Shown: positions 53,591-63,891 of the stretch, one piece after another | Numbering within the stretch: position 1 is the first letter of the stretch | Layout: every line of letters begins with the position of its first letter | Virus record (IMG/VR): IMGVR_UViG_3300021961_000037 | Coordinates: 1 to 64,000 of that record | Length of the DNA stretch: 64,000 nt | Reading direction: 5' to 3' (one strand) | DNA from: a virus | Notes under the pieces: model-generated | Databases searched by the model: none | What the model saw: the letters and a program-made list of their open reading frames with translations, nothing else | Told to the model about the DNA's origin: nothing | Program-made: the position numbers and the translations under genes

Positions 53591-54076
53591 ATGGCACGCC
53601 CAGTTCTTTTTAAGAACCTCGCTACACAGCGTCAGGTTGTCGCAAAGATTACACCGAGCAACGCTGGTGGTGACCTTCCGACGTTCCCCGACTACTTCAC
53701 ACAGGTGAGTGGTGGTGAAATCACAGCCGCTGTTGAAAAGGTTTACCACGGTGGCGACATTTTCCCAGAGACCCTGTGCGCTCCTTCGGAAATTGGTGAC
53801 GTAACACTTACTGGCTACCTGTCCGCAGATGCCGATTTCTTGAGCCGTCTCCAGCAGTTGCGCCAGATGGTCGGTCGTGTCCGCTACAACATTGATGTCC
53901 ATGTGTTTGACTGCGATATTGCTGTTCCTGGCGCTGACCGCTCTTACACGAATGCGCTTCTGGTTGGTTTGACAGAGCCCGACGGTGATGCCACCTCGGG
54001 AACCCCTGCAACCTTTGCGATGACTTTCAGCATCTCAACGGTTTCGGTGGCTCGTAACCCGCTCGCCGCTGGCTGA
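53591..54076 (+). CDS. Tail tube protein
   Basis: Follows sheath; F..VSGGE......Y.GG.......DVTLT. Confidence 0.8.
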   Translation: MARPVLFKNLATQRQVVAKITPSNAGGDLPTFPDYFTQVSGGEITAAVEKVYHGGDIFPETLCAPSEIGDVTLTGYLSADADFLSRLQQLRQMVGRVRYNIDVHVFDCDIAVPGADRSYTNALLVGLTEPDGDATSGTPATFAMTFSISTVSVARNPLAAG

Positions 54077-54078
54077 TA

Positions 54079-54103
54079 AACCCCCTTTCGGGGTTCCATT
54101 TTT
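54079..54103 (+). terminator. Possible terminator after tube gene
   Basis: AACCCC-CTTTC-GGGGTT then CCATTTTT. Confidence 0.5.
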
Positions 54104-54132
54104 GATGGCATGGCTGTGTTAGTGTTGCCCGC

Positions 54133-54642
54133 ATGAGCAACGACTTTACTTTCACAAGCGGAAATAATGCTGATGCCGAGGCTGCGGATAGCAATGTCCT
54201 GAATCAGTTGAAGGCGGTTATTCAGAAGACCACGAAGCGTGAGGATATCTTCATTCAGGTTCCTGAGCGTGACGGTGTTCTTGTCCGGGTTTCACCGAAT
54301 ATCACGCAGAACCAGTTGCGTGCATGGCGTCGTAACGCTGGAGATGACACGAAGAAGGGTTTGGATACCCTGAAGTTTTCGTGCAACGTTATTGCTGCCA
54401 CGTGCACTGGCATCATGATTAACGATGAGATTGTCACCAACGACATGGGTGTTGAGGTGACTTTTGCTTCTCAGGAAATCATGCAGATGACTGGTACTTC
54501 GCGTCCGCACCCAGATTGTGTTCAAGCATTTTTTGGTTTGGAGCCACACATTGAGGCGGCGGCTGTCGCCATCATTGAGGCTTCTGGATATGGTGACGCA
54601 GTTGAGGCTGTGGACCCTACGAAGAGGTCTTCGGAGAACTAG
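54133..54642 (+). CDS. Tail assembly chaperone (G)
   Basis: Between tube and tape measure; ends ...VDPT. Confidence 0.75.
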   Translation: MSNDFTFTSGNNADAEAADSNVLNQLKAVIQKTTKREDIFIQVPERDGVLVRVSPNITQNQLRAWRRNAGDDTKKGLDTLKFSCNVIAATCTGIMINDEIVTNDMGVEVTFASQEIMQMTGTSRPHPDCVQAFFGLEPHIEAAAVAIIEASGYGDAVEAVDPTKRSSEN

Positions 54643-54818
54643 TCAGCGACGACCGCATCAAAATTGCGGCTCGGCTCGGAGACCTCTTTCATTGCGACCC
54701 GATTAAGTTGCTTGACTGTGATATTGATGAATGGCTGATTCGCCTTGCCTGTGCTAAAGTTATAGAGCAGGATAGAGAAAAACAGGAAGCAGAAGCAAAG
54801 CGTCAATCCAAACGCTGA
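54615..54818 (+). CDS. Tail assembly chaperone frameshift extension (T segment, -1 frame)
   Basis: -1 frame PYEEVFGELVSDDRIKIAARLGDLFHCDPIKLL...EQDREKQEAEAKRQSKR with no early start codon. Confidence 0.65.
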   Translation, partial: PYEEVFGELVSDDRIKIAARLGDLFHCDPIKLLDCDIDEWLIRLACAKVIEQDREKQEAEAKRQSKR

Positions 54819-54862
54819 TTCCGCTGGAGCGCTCAATATCCGTCTAATCAACGGAGATATGT

Positions 54863-57800
54863 ATGGCACGAGAGCGCGTAGTTATCAATATCGAGGTCAA
54901 CTCGGATATTGCGACGATTGAGGCTACCCGTGCGGCTTTGGAGCGTCTTACTAAACAAAACCGTGACCTTAACGACGAGTATGACCGTCATAAGAAACGC
55001 ATCACGGAAGTAACTAAAGAGAACAAGCGCCTTAACCGTGATAGTGACATGGTTGGCAATTCGTTGCGCAATCTTGGTAAGCATACGGCGACATCCAGTA
55101 GGCGGTTTGCCGGTTTGCGTAAGTCTGTTTTGAGTTTGCGTAAGGATATTGGAACACTAATTAGCGCTTTTGGTGGAATGATTGGGGTTGTAAACAAACT
55201 TTCTTTGATTGAGATTCCTCTTCTCGCTCTCGGCATGGCTGGCATAACGTCCTTGTTTAAGAGTGGTACAGGGTTTGTGAACCTTTATAGAGCGGCGATG
55301 AGTTCGCTTGCGTACACCGCTGCTGGCGTCGGTGTTGCTGTCACCACGGTTATATCTGCATTGCGTGAGTTCCAGTCAGTTCAATTTGCGCCAATGTACG
55401 TGGATGGTGCGATAAATACCGAGGATCGTTTTGCTGCTGCGTCTGGGGCGATGCGAATGTTTGTTGATAATACGAGACTTGCTGTTGTTGGGTCCGAGTC
55501 GCTTCAGAAGGCTTTCGGTACTTTGAGTAAACAGAAGCCAGTGACTGGTGGAACTGTTGCTGCGTTTGAGGGCTTGATGAATATTGTCGCCGGTAGCGGT
55601 GGGGATATTGGGAAGGGAAGCGAGAAACTTGCAACATTTTTGGCGCAGGTTCAAAAGGGTGGACTCGGGAGTGCCGCTTCAGCAGCCAAAGACCTTGGTC
55701 CTGACTTTGAGAAAATCATTAAAGAAGCGCAAGCGCTTGGTTTAAAGACATCTGACGAGTTTTTTAAGGCGGCTGCTGACGGTGCTCTTGGTGAGACTTT
55801 TCAGAAGAAATATGCGGGCCAGTTGGATGCTCTTAACGACACCCTGATTGGTCGTTTTAAGACTGCTTTACAGAGCACAAAAAATCTTTTGGGCGATATT
55901 GGTGACCAGTTTCTGCAGCCTACTGGTGAAGCGGTAATCAAGATTCAGAGGATTATTGAGCGGACGATACTGCAACTTACTCCCATGTTGCGTCAGTTCG
56001 GAACCGACACATTTTTGGGTGATGTCGTTAATCTGATTGACAAGGTATCTGTCAAGTTTGTTGGTTTGATGAATAAATATCTTGGTACCACTCCAGGTTT
56101 GTTTGAAAAACTTGGCGAATACATGGATGCGATTGGTAAAAGGTTTGAGAAGGTTCAGGATTGGGCTCGACAGTTTGTTGATGCTGGTCAGTTAATTACA
56201 GACAATTTTATTAAACCGATTTTTGAAGGTTTGATGGACAAGTTTGGTGGAGGAATGAATGTTCTCGCTAGTTTGGTTGAGGCTAATGCGCCGTTGCTGA
56301 GGTCTCTCGCTGACAGCATTGTTGATGTTATTGCTGCAATTGGTGAGTACGGGAACATGCTTAAAGAGGCGTTTATTGCGGTCATTCCGCTTCTCAATGT
56401 TTTCTTGAAGGTCACTGAAAAGATTTTTTCTATTTGGACGAAAATAAGTAAAGGTTTGTTGAGTGTTTTCGGTGGTATCGGTGGTGGTATCGGTAAGGCT
56501 CTTGCTGCTGTTCCTGTTCTATATGGCTCACTTATTCTTTTCAGTCGTTTTTTCAAAGTTTTTGGCGGAATGTTCGGGAAAGATATGAGCATTAAGGCGA
56601 ACAATGTTTTCGTCAACGGTAGAGGTATTGGTGGTGGGCCGATGGGTGGACCTATGGGTGGCCCAGGCGGAAGGCCTATGGGTGGACCTGGGATACGAGG
56701 TCGAATGGGGTACTCATACAACCTTGCACGTAACAGTGGTGTGGGGATAGCGAGGTCTGCTCAGGCGGGTTTGCGATCTGGTTACGCTGGCGTAAAAGGT
56801 CTTGGTGGTTCTGGGGCATTCAACCAGTTGTACGGCTTGGGGAATATGGGTTTGATGCTCGGTGGAACTGCCTTGATGGGTGCTGGTCAAAAAATGGGTG
56901 GGACATCAACTGCTGGTGGAGCAGCGCTCACTGGTTTGGGTGCGGCAGCAAATCTTGGCGCAGCGGGTTCAATGCTTGGTTTGGGGGAATTGACATTTGG
57001 TACTGGAAGTGCAGTCGGTACCGGCGCAATTCTTGGTGGCGCTGCCGCTATCGGCGGAGGTTATGCGGCTGGCTCGTATATTGGTTCTAAATTCACAGAT
57101 GATTCCGTTAGGTCGCGCGCAATGTCAGCAGCGACATCAGCGGCAGTTGGCGCTGCAATCGGAAGTGTTGTTCCTGGAATCGGAACTGCGGTTGGTGCTG
57201 GATTGGGTGCTGTTGTCGGTGGTGCTGTTGGGTATTGGAAGGCTGGCGCGGCGCGTAGAGATGCACGCAAAGCAGCAAAAGGCGTCATGGACAACTTTTT
57301 CATGGAAACAGAAGACGCATTCGCGGCTGGAGATGTTGAGAAACTGAAGGCCCAACTTGAAGGATTGAACGCCGAAATCGCCAAAGCAGCAACTGGCGAT
57401 ATTGACTACTACAACAAAAAGATTGACGAGCAACGCAAAAAGATTGACGAAACAGCAAAACAGATTGATAACTATTCAAGGAACGCTGATCTTGCTGAAA
57501 GAATGTTTGGGAAGAGCACCGATGCGTTGAACAAACTAGCCGAAGAAGCCGGCATCAATGTGCGCGACAAGGTTCTTAATTTCACTGAAATGCTGAAACT
57601 TGTTGGGAAAACTTCCGAGGAGCAGACTCGACTGGTTAAGCAATTTTGGGGAACTCTCGGCGGTCAGGCTCTTGGTGGTGCGCTCGGAAAACTTGACAAA
57701 ATCAGGGAGCGTCGAGATACACAAAACGCTCTGGATGCTTCACAGGCGTCGCTTTTGGGTGGAAATGTTTCTGGCGAGAATCTTCTTTCTTTCGTTGAAA

Positions 57801-58342
57801 ATCAAATCAAGTTCTCTACGGCGGAGTACGGAGAATTGGGTGGTTTGGCTAATGCCTATGAATCAATCATTGCTGGTTTGTCTGGTGAAACCTTGGGCAA
57901 ACTTGATGATAAAACAAAAGAAAAGTTGATGGCGCTTGCCAACGACATACTTGACCCAACAGCGTTGGTCAAATCAATGGATCAGGAAATGCTTGCGACA
58001 ATGGTCGGCGGTGCGAGTGCGCTTGCTGGTATGTCTTCGTCAGACATACTTTCTTTGGTTAATCAAAAGATGAAGACAGATCCGAACTTCCTTGCGAATT
58101 TCGGCGCATATCAAAGTCGAAATAACATGACTCAAATGAATGCAATGATTACTGGTCAGGGTGGCATTGTTGGCGCTTCGTCTCCGTATGGTTTTATGCC
58201 TCAGATTACGGTGAATGTCAATGCTCCGGTAATTGACCCAGAAGTTGTTCGTCAGATTCGCCTAGAACTTGAAGCATCGTTGCGCACGGCAAGGGAAAAG
58301 GGTGGCACCTTCACTGGTGGTGCAGGGACGTTTAGGCGTTAA
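54863..58342 (+). CDS. Tape measure protein
   Basis: 1159 aa helical Ala/Gly-rich; position after chaperones. Confidence 0.88.
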   Translation: MARERVVINIEVNSDIATIEATRAALERLTKQNRDLNDEYDRHKKRITEVTKENKRLNRDSDMVGNSLRNLGKHTATSSRRFAGLRKSVLSLRKDIGTLISAFGGMIGVVNKLSLIEIPLLALGMAGITSLFKSGTGFVNLYRAAMSSLAYTAAGVGVAVTTVISALREFQSVQFAPMYVDGAINTEDRFAAASGAMRMFVDNTRLAVVGSESLQKAFGTLSKQKPVTGGTVAAFEGLMNIVAGSGGDIGKGSEKLATFLAQVQKGGLGSAASAAKDLGPDFEKIIKEAQALGLKTSDEFFKAAADGALGETFQKKYAGQLDALNDTLIGRFKTALQSTKNLLGDIGDQFLQPTGEAVIKIQRIIERTILQLTPMLRQFGTDTFLGDVVNLIDKVSVKFVGLMNKYLGTTPGLFEKLGEYMDAIGKRFEKVQDWARQFVDAGQLITDNFIKPIFEGLMDKFGGGMNVLASLVEANAPLLRSLADSIVDVIAAIGEYGNMLKEAFIAVIPLLNVFLKVTEKIFSIWTKISKGLLSVFGGIGGGIGKALAAVPVLYGSLILFSRFFKVFGGMFGKDMSIKANNVFVNGRGIGGGPMGGPMGGPGGRPMGGPGIRGRMGYSYNLARNSGVGIARSAQAGLRSGYAGVKGLGGSGAFNQLYGLGNMGLMLGGTALMGAGQKMGGTSTAGGAALTGLGAAANLGAAGSMLGLGELTFGTGSAVGTGAILGGAAAIGGGYAAGSYIGSKFTDDSVRSRAMSAATSAAVGAAIGSVVPGIGTAVGAGLGAVVGGAVGYWKAGAARRDARKAAKGVMDNFFMETEDAFAAGDVEKLKAQLEGLNAEIAKAATGDIDYYNKKIDEQRKKIDETAKQIDNYSRNADLAERMFGKSTDALNKLAEEAGINVRDKVLNFTEMLKLVGKTSEEQTRLVKQFWGTLGGQALGGALGKLDKIRERRDTQNALDASQASLLGGNVSGENLLSFVENQIKFSTAEYGELGGLANAYESIIAGLSGETLGKLDDKTKEKLMALANDILDPTALVKSMDQEMLATMVGGASALAGMSSSDILSLVNQKMKTDPNFLANFGAYQSRNNMTQMNAMITGQGGIVGASSPYGFMPQITVNVNAPVIDPEVVRQIRLELEASLRTAREKGGTFTGGAGTFRR

Positions 58343-58344
58343 TT

Positions 58345-59136
58345 ATGGCTACTACTGTAACTGCGTGGGTCCGCATAAACCCTGCCCTGACAAATGCTTC
58401 AGCATTAACACAAAATGATTCAGTGCAGAATGTTGTCCCACTTATTATTCGTCTTCTTCCAGCAACACCAGACCAAATTGCAGAAGATTTCCAACTTCCA
58501 TACAACCCGTTGCAGGTTACTTACGGTGATCTATCTGATGAGGTTACGCAAATTGCGCGACCTGGAACTACACCGATTATTGCTTTCAAGTCACATCGGT
58601 TGATGACTGTTGACTTTTCGTTCATAGTTGCGCAACCAGGCGACGGGCTTGCCACGAGTGTTGATAGTTCTTTGCAGAATTTGCGTAAATTTGCTGCGAG
58701 CAGTAATAGGGTTATTTCTTTACTCAATTTTGATTCGTTGACAAACACGCCTTTTGTTTTCCGTAATTCCACTCAGGAACGTCTTACTGATGGACTGTTT
58801 TTCAATATTGTTTCTCTTGAAATTCAGAGTGTCAGAAGGAACAAAAACAATGAGATAACTCAGGCGAATGTCAACATTAGTCTCGTTGAAAACAGGAACC
58901 CGCTGATTAATGTTGCGTTCATTCCGCCACTGAAGTACACAAAAAAACCAGAAAAATGTTCCAATAAAAAGTATCGGCGGAATAATCCGGGGAAATGCCC
59001 CAAGAAGACCGAGAAGGTTACCTCTCCTTCGCAGTCCGAATTGTCAAGAGCGACGGCTGCAAATAATGCCTATGCGCAAAAAGATGGATTTACGCGATGC
59101 TTCTTTAACGCAGATGGATCAATGGTCTGTTCCTGA
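58345..59136 (+). CDS. Tail tube initiator / baseplate hub-associated protein
   Basis: F.LPYNP..V.Y......QIARPG..P...A.V.ISL.E; position. Confidence 0.65.
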   Translation: MATTVTAWVRINPALTNASALTQNDSVQNVVPLIIRLLPATPDQIAEDFQLPYNPLQVTYGDLSDEVTQIARPGTTPIIAFKSHRLMTVDFSFIVAQPGDGLATSVDSSLQNLRKFAASSNRVISLLNFDSLTNTPFVFRNSTQERLTDGLFFNIVSLEIQSVRRNKNNEITQANVNISLVENRNPLINVAFIPPLKYTKKPEKCSNKKYRRNNPGKCPKKTEKVTSPSQSELSRATAANNAYAQKDGFTRCFFNADGSMVCS

Positions 59137-60122
59137 TGATTACTTCCGATGTTCTTTCAATACAAAACCACGATACTTTGCAGAAAGTGGAATTCGCACA
59201 AGCGGTGACTGAATTGCGTGTAAATTATGACATCAATGGGTGTTCGCAGTTAACCGTGAACGTCGCTGATTACAAAATGCGAATGTGGGATAACAACTAT
59301 TTCCAAGTGAGCACACCAGTTTTGTTTAAGGGTGAACGATTTCGCATAGCATCAACCGAAATTTCGCAGGCTGATGGTGAATATGTAAATGTTAAACTGG
59401 AAATTCGCACTGAGGCTGTGCAAAAAATGAAAGAAGACAAGACGCCACAGTCCTACAGATCGTCAACTGGTTTCGAATTTGCAAGAAAGGTAGCGAACAA
59501 GTTCGGACTTGAGCCGATAATTCAGGAGGTCGCTGGTGTAAAACAGGCGACAATCAAAGTAAAAGAAAAAAACAATAAAGAGTCTGTTTGGGATGTCCTG
59601 CAAAGATCAGCGCAAGATATCCAATTCATGTGCTTCGTTGCGGATGGAAGATTGTTTTATGCTTCACCGCAGTGGCTTCTCGGAAGATGGGGTTTGGAGT
59701 CAACGCCTGGGGCAACATTCGAGGTGTATAGGGGAAAAACGGAAAAACGAACTCTTCTGTATATTCCGTTGATTTATCCAGCAGACCCAAAGTTGAACTT
59801 TTTCTTGTTGCAAATGCCAAACATGCGAAGGTCTGAAGACTCGCCGAAGGAGTCGGAGGGGACAGCGCAATTGTGGGCTGGTGACCGCTACGAGGAGGGA
59901 ATTGGGAGCGCCTATAATATTCGTGCTGGGATGACAGTTGTTGTGTATGGGGTTAGTGGATTTAATCAAGCATATTTAGTTACTTCGGTTGATTATCAGT
60001 ATGGGCTTTCGGAACCTGTTGAGGTTGCTTTTGCTACTGTGGCTAAGTTGGCTCCCGCCGATAAAGCGAAGATTGATGAAAAGGTTTCTGAGGTAACTGT
60101 GATTTCGGGAACTGGAGGATGA
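59136..60122 (+). CDS. Baseplate hub protein (gp27/gpD-like)
   Basis: ESVWDVLQR.A....F......LF; G....YLVTSV.Y. Confidence 0.7.
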   Translation: MITSDVLSIQNHDTLQKVEFAQAVTELRVNYDINGCSQLTVNVADYKMRMWDNNYFQVSTPVLFKGERFRIASTEISQADGEYVNVKLEIRTEAVQKMKEDKTPQSYRSSTGFEFARKVANKFGLEPIIQEVAGVKQATIKVKEKNNKESVWDVLQRSAQDIQFMCFVADGRLFYASPQWLLGRWGLESTPGATFEVYRGKTEKRTLLYIPLIYPADPKLNFFLLQMPNMRRSEDSPKESEGTAQLWAGDRYEEGIGSAYNIRAGMTVVVYGVSGFNQAYLVTSVDYQYGLSEPVEVAFATVAKLAPADKAKIDEKVSEVTVISGTGG

Positions 60123-60123
60123 T

Positions 60124-60537
60124 GTGGTTGTAAATTTAAATGACGGTTTTGAAAACTTCCAGCGTGCAGATTCGCTTCAGAGAATTGATATTGATTTTTC
60201 GTCTATACACATCGGCGTCGTGACCGCTGTTGGGTCAGCCACGAACACTGTTTTTGTGAAGATTCCGGCAATCAACGAGAATGCCGAATTGGGTCCTTTT
60301 AAGTGTCTTCAACCTTTTACAAATGTTGTTGAAACACCAGTCCAGCAAACATTGACGACCACATCTGGCTCCGACCCTGATGGCGGAACATTTCTTACGA
60401 GTGCAAGTTTAAGTTCAACCACAACAGACATTCAGGGTGTCTACGGTACTCTTAATTTGCCGAGTGTGGGCAACCGTGTTTTGGTCGTATTAATGAATAA
60501 TTCGTTTGATGAAGGTGCGGTGATTGGGAAACTATGA
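60124..60537 (+). CDS. Baseplate spike OB-fold protein (gpV/gp5-N-like)
   Basis: GVVT.....V.V.IP...LPSVG.RVLV........VIG. Confidence 0.7.
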   Translation: MVVNLNDGFENFQRADSLQRIDIDFSSIHIGVVTAVGSATNTVFVKIPAINENAELGPFKCLQPFTNVVETPVQQTLTTTSGSDPDGGTFLTSASLSSTTTDIQGVYGTLNLPSVGNRVLVVLMNNSFDEGAVIGKL

Positions 60538-60836
60538 ACACTTTAAGACTCCCCATCCGTTTTAAGACAAATTATTCAATGGAAACCATTTCTGATGCCA
60601 CCGACGAATATTATGCAAAACTGTTGGCAGATTCGCTCCGCATTGAGCCTGGTGAACTCCCGATTAGTACATCATTCGGTGTTCTTGACCCGTCCTTTGA
60701 ATACCAGACACCGCTAAAAGCGGTTCAGAACGCTGCCCGCCATATCCCAGAAATTTCTGTAACAAATGTTTCGTCTAAACTGGATGATACGGGGAAAATC
60801 CTGCTCAAAGTTGATTTTACGATTAAGGAATCCTGA
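60534..60836 (+). CDS. Baseplate wedge gp25/W-like protein
   Basis: L.LP.RF...PGELP....FG..DP.F. Confidence 0.75.
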   Translation: MNTLRLPIRFKTNYSMETISDATDEYYAKLLADSLRIEPGELPISTSFGVLDPSFEYQTPLKAVQNAARHIPEISVTNVSSKLDDTGKILLKVDFTIKES

Positions 60837-62011
60837 TGGCTTCACCAGATTTTTCAGACTACGTTGACCTAACGCTTTTTGATACGACGGCGAACACTAT
60901 CTACAATGAGGCGATTGAGTACGCAAAGACAGCGTTCCCAGAGTTTTCTCCACGTGTCGGAACCGTTGAAAATGCAATTCTTGAAGCGTTTGCTCATGCT
61001 TCGTTCAATTTGACGACAACCATAAACAGGCTTCCTGATGGTTTGATGGAAGGTCTACTCAAACTCATGGGATTCTCCCGGATTGAAGCAACTCCAGCGG
61101 CTGGCGTAGTCAGTATTGAGGTGACGATAAATACTGGTGTAACAATTTCTGCTGGAACAATCGTTTCGTTTGATGTTTTTGACACTGGTGGCGTACTCAC
61201 ACAGTACCTATTTGAAACAACCGAGGATTTGATAATTTCATCCGGAAATACCAGTGGAACGGTAAATGTTGTCGCCGTTTCAGCAGAGGAATATCCGGAT
61301 ATACCAGTTCCCCAGGCGCTTACACTCGTTTCGACTACGCCATATATTTTTCAAGTTGAATTGCAAAGCGTGAGTACGGTCGGAACAAATACGGAATCAG
61401 ATGAAGAATATTTTAATCGTGCCTCCAGATACCTTGCATCGCTGTCAAGTGCTCTAGTTACAGCAAATCAGATGACCAACTACATTTCCACAATGTACCC
61501 AACGGTTTCACGATTCAAAGTGTACGACCTTACGGAATCTGTGGACATGGATTTCAGCGCTGCGGACGCCGCTGGAGAGGTCACCGTGGCAATGTGTGAC
61601 AGTATTGGCGACCCGATTGATAGTGCTCAAAAAACAATCATCCAAGACGATCTTGAATCAAAAGTTATTGCAGGTCTCAATGTGGGTCTGTATGACATGC
61701 AAATATTTGATGTTGATGTCGTAGCAGAGGTTGTTGTTGAGACAAATTATTCAACTGCAACAGTTTCTCTTGCCGTGTCCGCAGCAATCGAAAGTTATCT
61801 TTCAATCGCTGGTTGGGATTGGCAGGAAGGCGTTGCATCTAACAGACTTTCTGCTATCGCTGCCCGTGTTCCTGGTGTCAAGTATGTCGTTTCAATGTCG
61901 TCTACTTTGCCTACTTCCGTGCCTAGCCTTGCCTCTGAGTCGGCTGGAGAAATCACCATAATCGAAAAGGGAGCAATCCCAATAGGCTCGTGCACAACAA
62001 CAGCGGTTTAA
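60836..62011 (+). CDS. Baseplate J-like wedge protein
   Basis: G..R.EA..A, I.AGT, GT.TESDEEY..R, VPGV.YV. Confidence 0.88.
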   Translation: MASPDFSDYVDLTLFDTTANTIYNEAIEYAKTAFPEFSPRVGTVENAILEAFAHASFNLTTTINRLPDGLMEGLLKLMGFSRIEATPAAGVVSIEVTINTGVTISAGTIVSFDVFDTGGVLTQYLFETTEDLIISSGNTSGTVNVVAVSAEEYPDIPVPQALTLVSTTPYIFQVELQSVSTVGTNTESDEEYFNRASRYLASLSSALVTANQMTNYISTMYPTVSRFKVYDLTESVDMDFSAADAAGEVTVAMCDSIGDPIDSAQKTIIQDDLESKVIAGLNVGLYDMQIFDVDVVAEVVVETNYSTATVSLAVSAAIESYLSIAGWDWQEGVASNRLSAIAARVPGVKYVVSMSSTLPTSVPSLASESAGEITIIEKGAIPIGSCTTTAV

Positions 62012-62012
62012 T

Positions 62013-63299
62013 ATGCTCCCAACAGTAAACTATATTGATGAATCTGAGCGCAGATTTGTTGAGTCAGCGTACTTTGCAACGCTTTTGGGCGGAATATGGA
62101 AATCAGATGCGACTATTACCGAGGATCCGTTAACATATCAAGATTTTGCTTTTGGGTCAATTTTTGTTGACGCAGTTGCCGAATCGGAAACAACCTACAA
62201 CATCTGGTCAAACCCGTCAACAGATGTGCCGTCACAGTATGCAATCACAACAGACATAGAAAACACAGATTATATTGAGGCGTTTTGCTGGGTTCGTCCG
62301 ACAAAAAATTGCACAGTAAATATCAACACTCAGTTGACGGAGGTGTACCTTGATGAACCAACAAACAATTTCATGCTTTCATCTGACACAAACGATGTTT
62401 TTGAGGGCAATGTTGGTTCTCACATAATTGCTGTTGGTGGCGCCGACGAACCAATATGGCATTTGGTTAGAGCAAAACTGATTCAAATCCCGTCCGGTGA
62501 CGCGCAATATTCAATTGGTTTGAAAATAAATGTCGTATTTGATGATGATGCATCGCCTGGTGAATTGAACATTTCAAGGCCAACGATTATCAGAACTCAT
62601 GCCATCTTTGAAAACGAGGCACTACAGGAAACATATCTATTCATACCAGATGTGTTTTTGGAGCAAGACACCGCAGATTTCACCTCCAACGAGGTCACAT
62701 ATCCGCTAATGCGTTTAATTGACGTCGCCTCTGACACTGCGCATGATGTTGCACAAAAAATTGATGAAATCAAATATATGGATATTGAATCAGGGTTTGA
62801 CAGTACAGATACCGAAACATATAGCACCTTGATTAATCCTCTGTATTCGGATGTTCCGACACTCGGGTGGCTTTCTCAATTCCGAGGAAGAAATCTTGTC
62901 GTCACATATGAGCCATCTACCGATGGAGAAGAGTGGGAACAGTTTATTCTGGATTCATCAACTCTTGACGGAACTGATGTTATGGCAACATCATCAATTT
63001 CAACCTCTGGGATTTCGGGTGGAGTTGAAGAATATTTTCGCTGGCAGGTAGACACTGGGTATTACGGTCACAATGCCGGAACCATTTCATCAATGCTTTC
63101 AGCAATCCAACTATTTCTTACTGGCGATAAAACAATCAATTATGTAGCCACGCCAACAAGCATCCATTTTCAAACAAGTATCACAGAAACGTACGGATCA
63201 GATGCTTTGGCAATTGGTGACCCGAACCCGTACATTCTTGCGGTTATTGAACCAGCAAGACCACTTGGAATGATTGCGACCCACGAATTAGTTGCCTAG
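62013..63299 (+). CDS. Baseplate wedge/tail protein (gpI-like C-terminus)
   Basis: IP.V...D...PL.RL, L.WL.QF.G, GT, ARP.G; follows J. Confidence 0.65.
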   Translation: MLPTVNYIDESERRFVESAYFATLLGGIWKSDATITEDPLTYQDFAFGSIFVDAVAESETTYNIWSNPSTDVPSQYAITTDIENTDYIEAFCWVRPTKNCTVNINTQLTEVYLDEPTNNFMLSSDTNDVFEGNVGSHIIAVGGADEPIWHLVRAKLIQIPSGDAQYSIGLKINVVFDDDASPGELNISRPTIIRTHAIFENEALQETYLFIPDVFLEQDTADFTSNEVTYPLMRLIDVASDTAHDVAQKIDEIKYMDIESGFDSTDTETYSTLINPLYSDVPTLGWLSQFRGRNLVVTYEPSTDGEEWEQFILDSSTLDGTDVMATSSISTSGISGGVEEYFRWQVDTGYYGHNAGTISSMLSAIQLFLTGDKTINYVATPTSIHFQTSITETYGSDALAIGDPNPYILAVIEPARPLGMIATHELVA

Positions 63300-63366
63300 A
63301 TATTTACTTTCATATTTGGTTGGCATAAAAAGGTAAACTTGTAGTATCCCTAAAGACGGGAGAAAT

Positions 63367-63633
63367 ATGGACGATCAAGAAAACATTGACGATCCAGCAA
63401 TCGTTGAAGTTGACACCGAAATGGATGAATTGCGCAAGGTATTGCGTAATACCATGTCGGAAAAACTCATAACGAATTTCGTCATTATTGCCGAAGTTAC
63501 CGATGAGGATGGTCAATCGCTGTCCCTGTCCGTATCTGACAGCATTACGCCATGGCTGGCGTATGGGATGATTAACAGCGCTCTGGCGATGCTAGGGTCT
63601 GGAGAATACCAATTCCCTTCAACGGAAGAATGA
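63367..63633 (+). CDS. Hypothetical protein
   Basis: GGAG RBS; FVIIAEV...G..L......TPWLA.GM. Confidence 0.65.
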   Translation: MDDQENIDDPAIVEVDTEMDELRKVLRNTMSEKLITNFVIIAEVTDEDGQSLSLSVSDSITPWLAYGMINSALAMLGSGEYQFPSTEE

Positions 63634-63641
63634 GGCTAATA

Positions 63642-63878
63642 ATGGATAAAAACATCAAAATGAACCTTGGCGACCAGGCGGTTAAGGGTGCAGTTCTCGG
63701 CGCTCTTGCGTACTTTGGCGACGCTTTCGGTTTGGATGCCACGCAGGTTGCGGTCGCCATGCCGGTTGCACTGACAATCCTCGCTTGGGTTTCTACGAAG
63801 ATTGGTGACAAGGGCACGACAGTCTTGTTCCGTGTTGTCAAGCAAGCGGCAGCAGCACAGGCAAAGAAAAGCAAGTAG
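63642..63878 (+). CDS. Small membrane protein, holin-like
   Basis: Two hydrophobic segments, basic C-terminus. Confidence 0.5.
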   Translation: MDKNIKMNLGDQAVKGAVLGALAYFGDAFGLDATQVAVAMPVALTILAWVSTKIGDKGTTVLFRVVKQAAAAQAKKSK

Positions 63879-63891
63879 TTTCAAGCCACGC

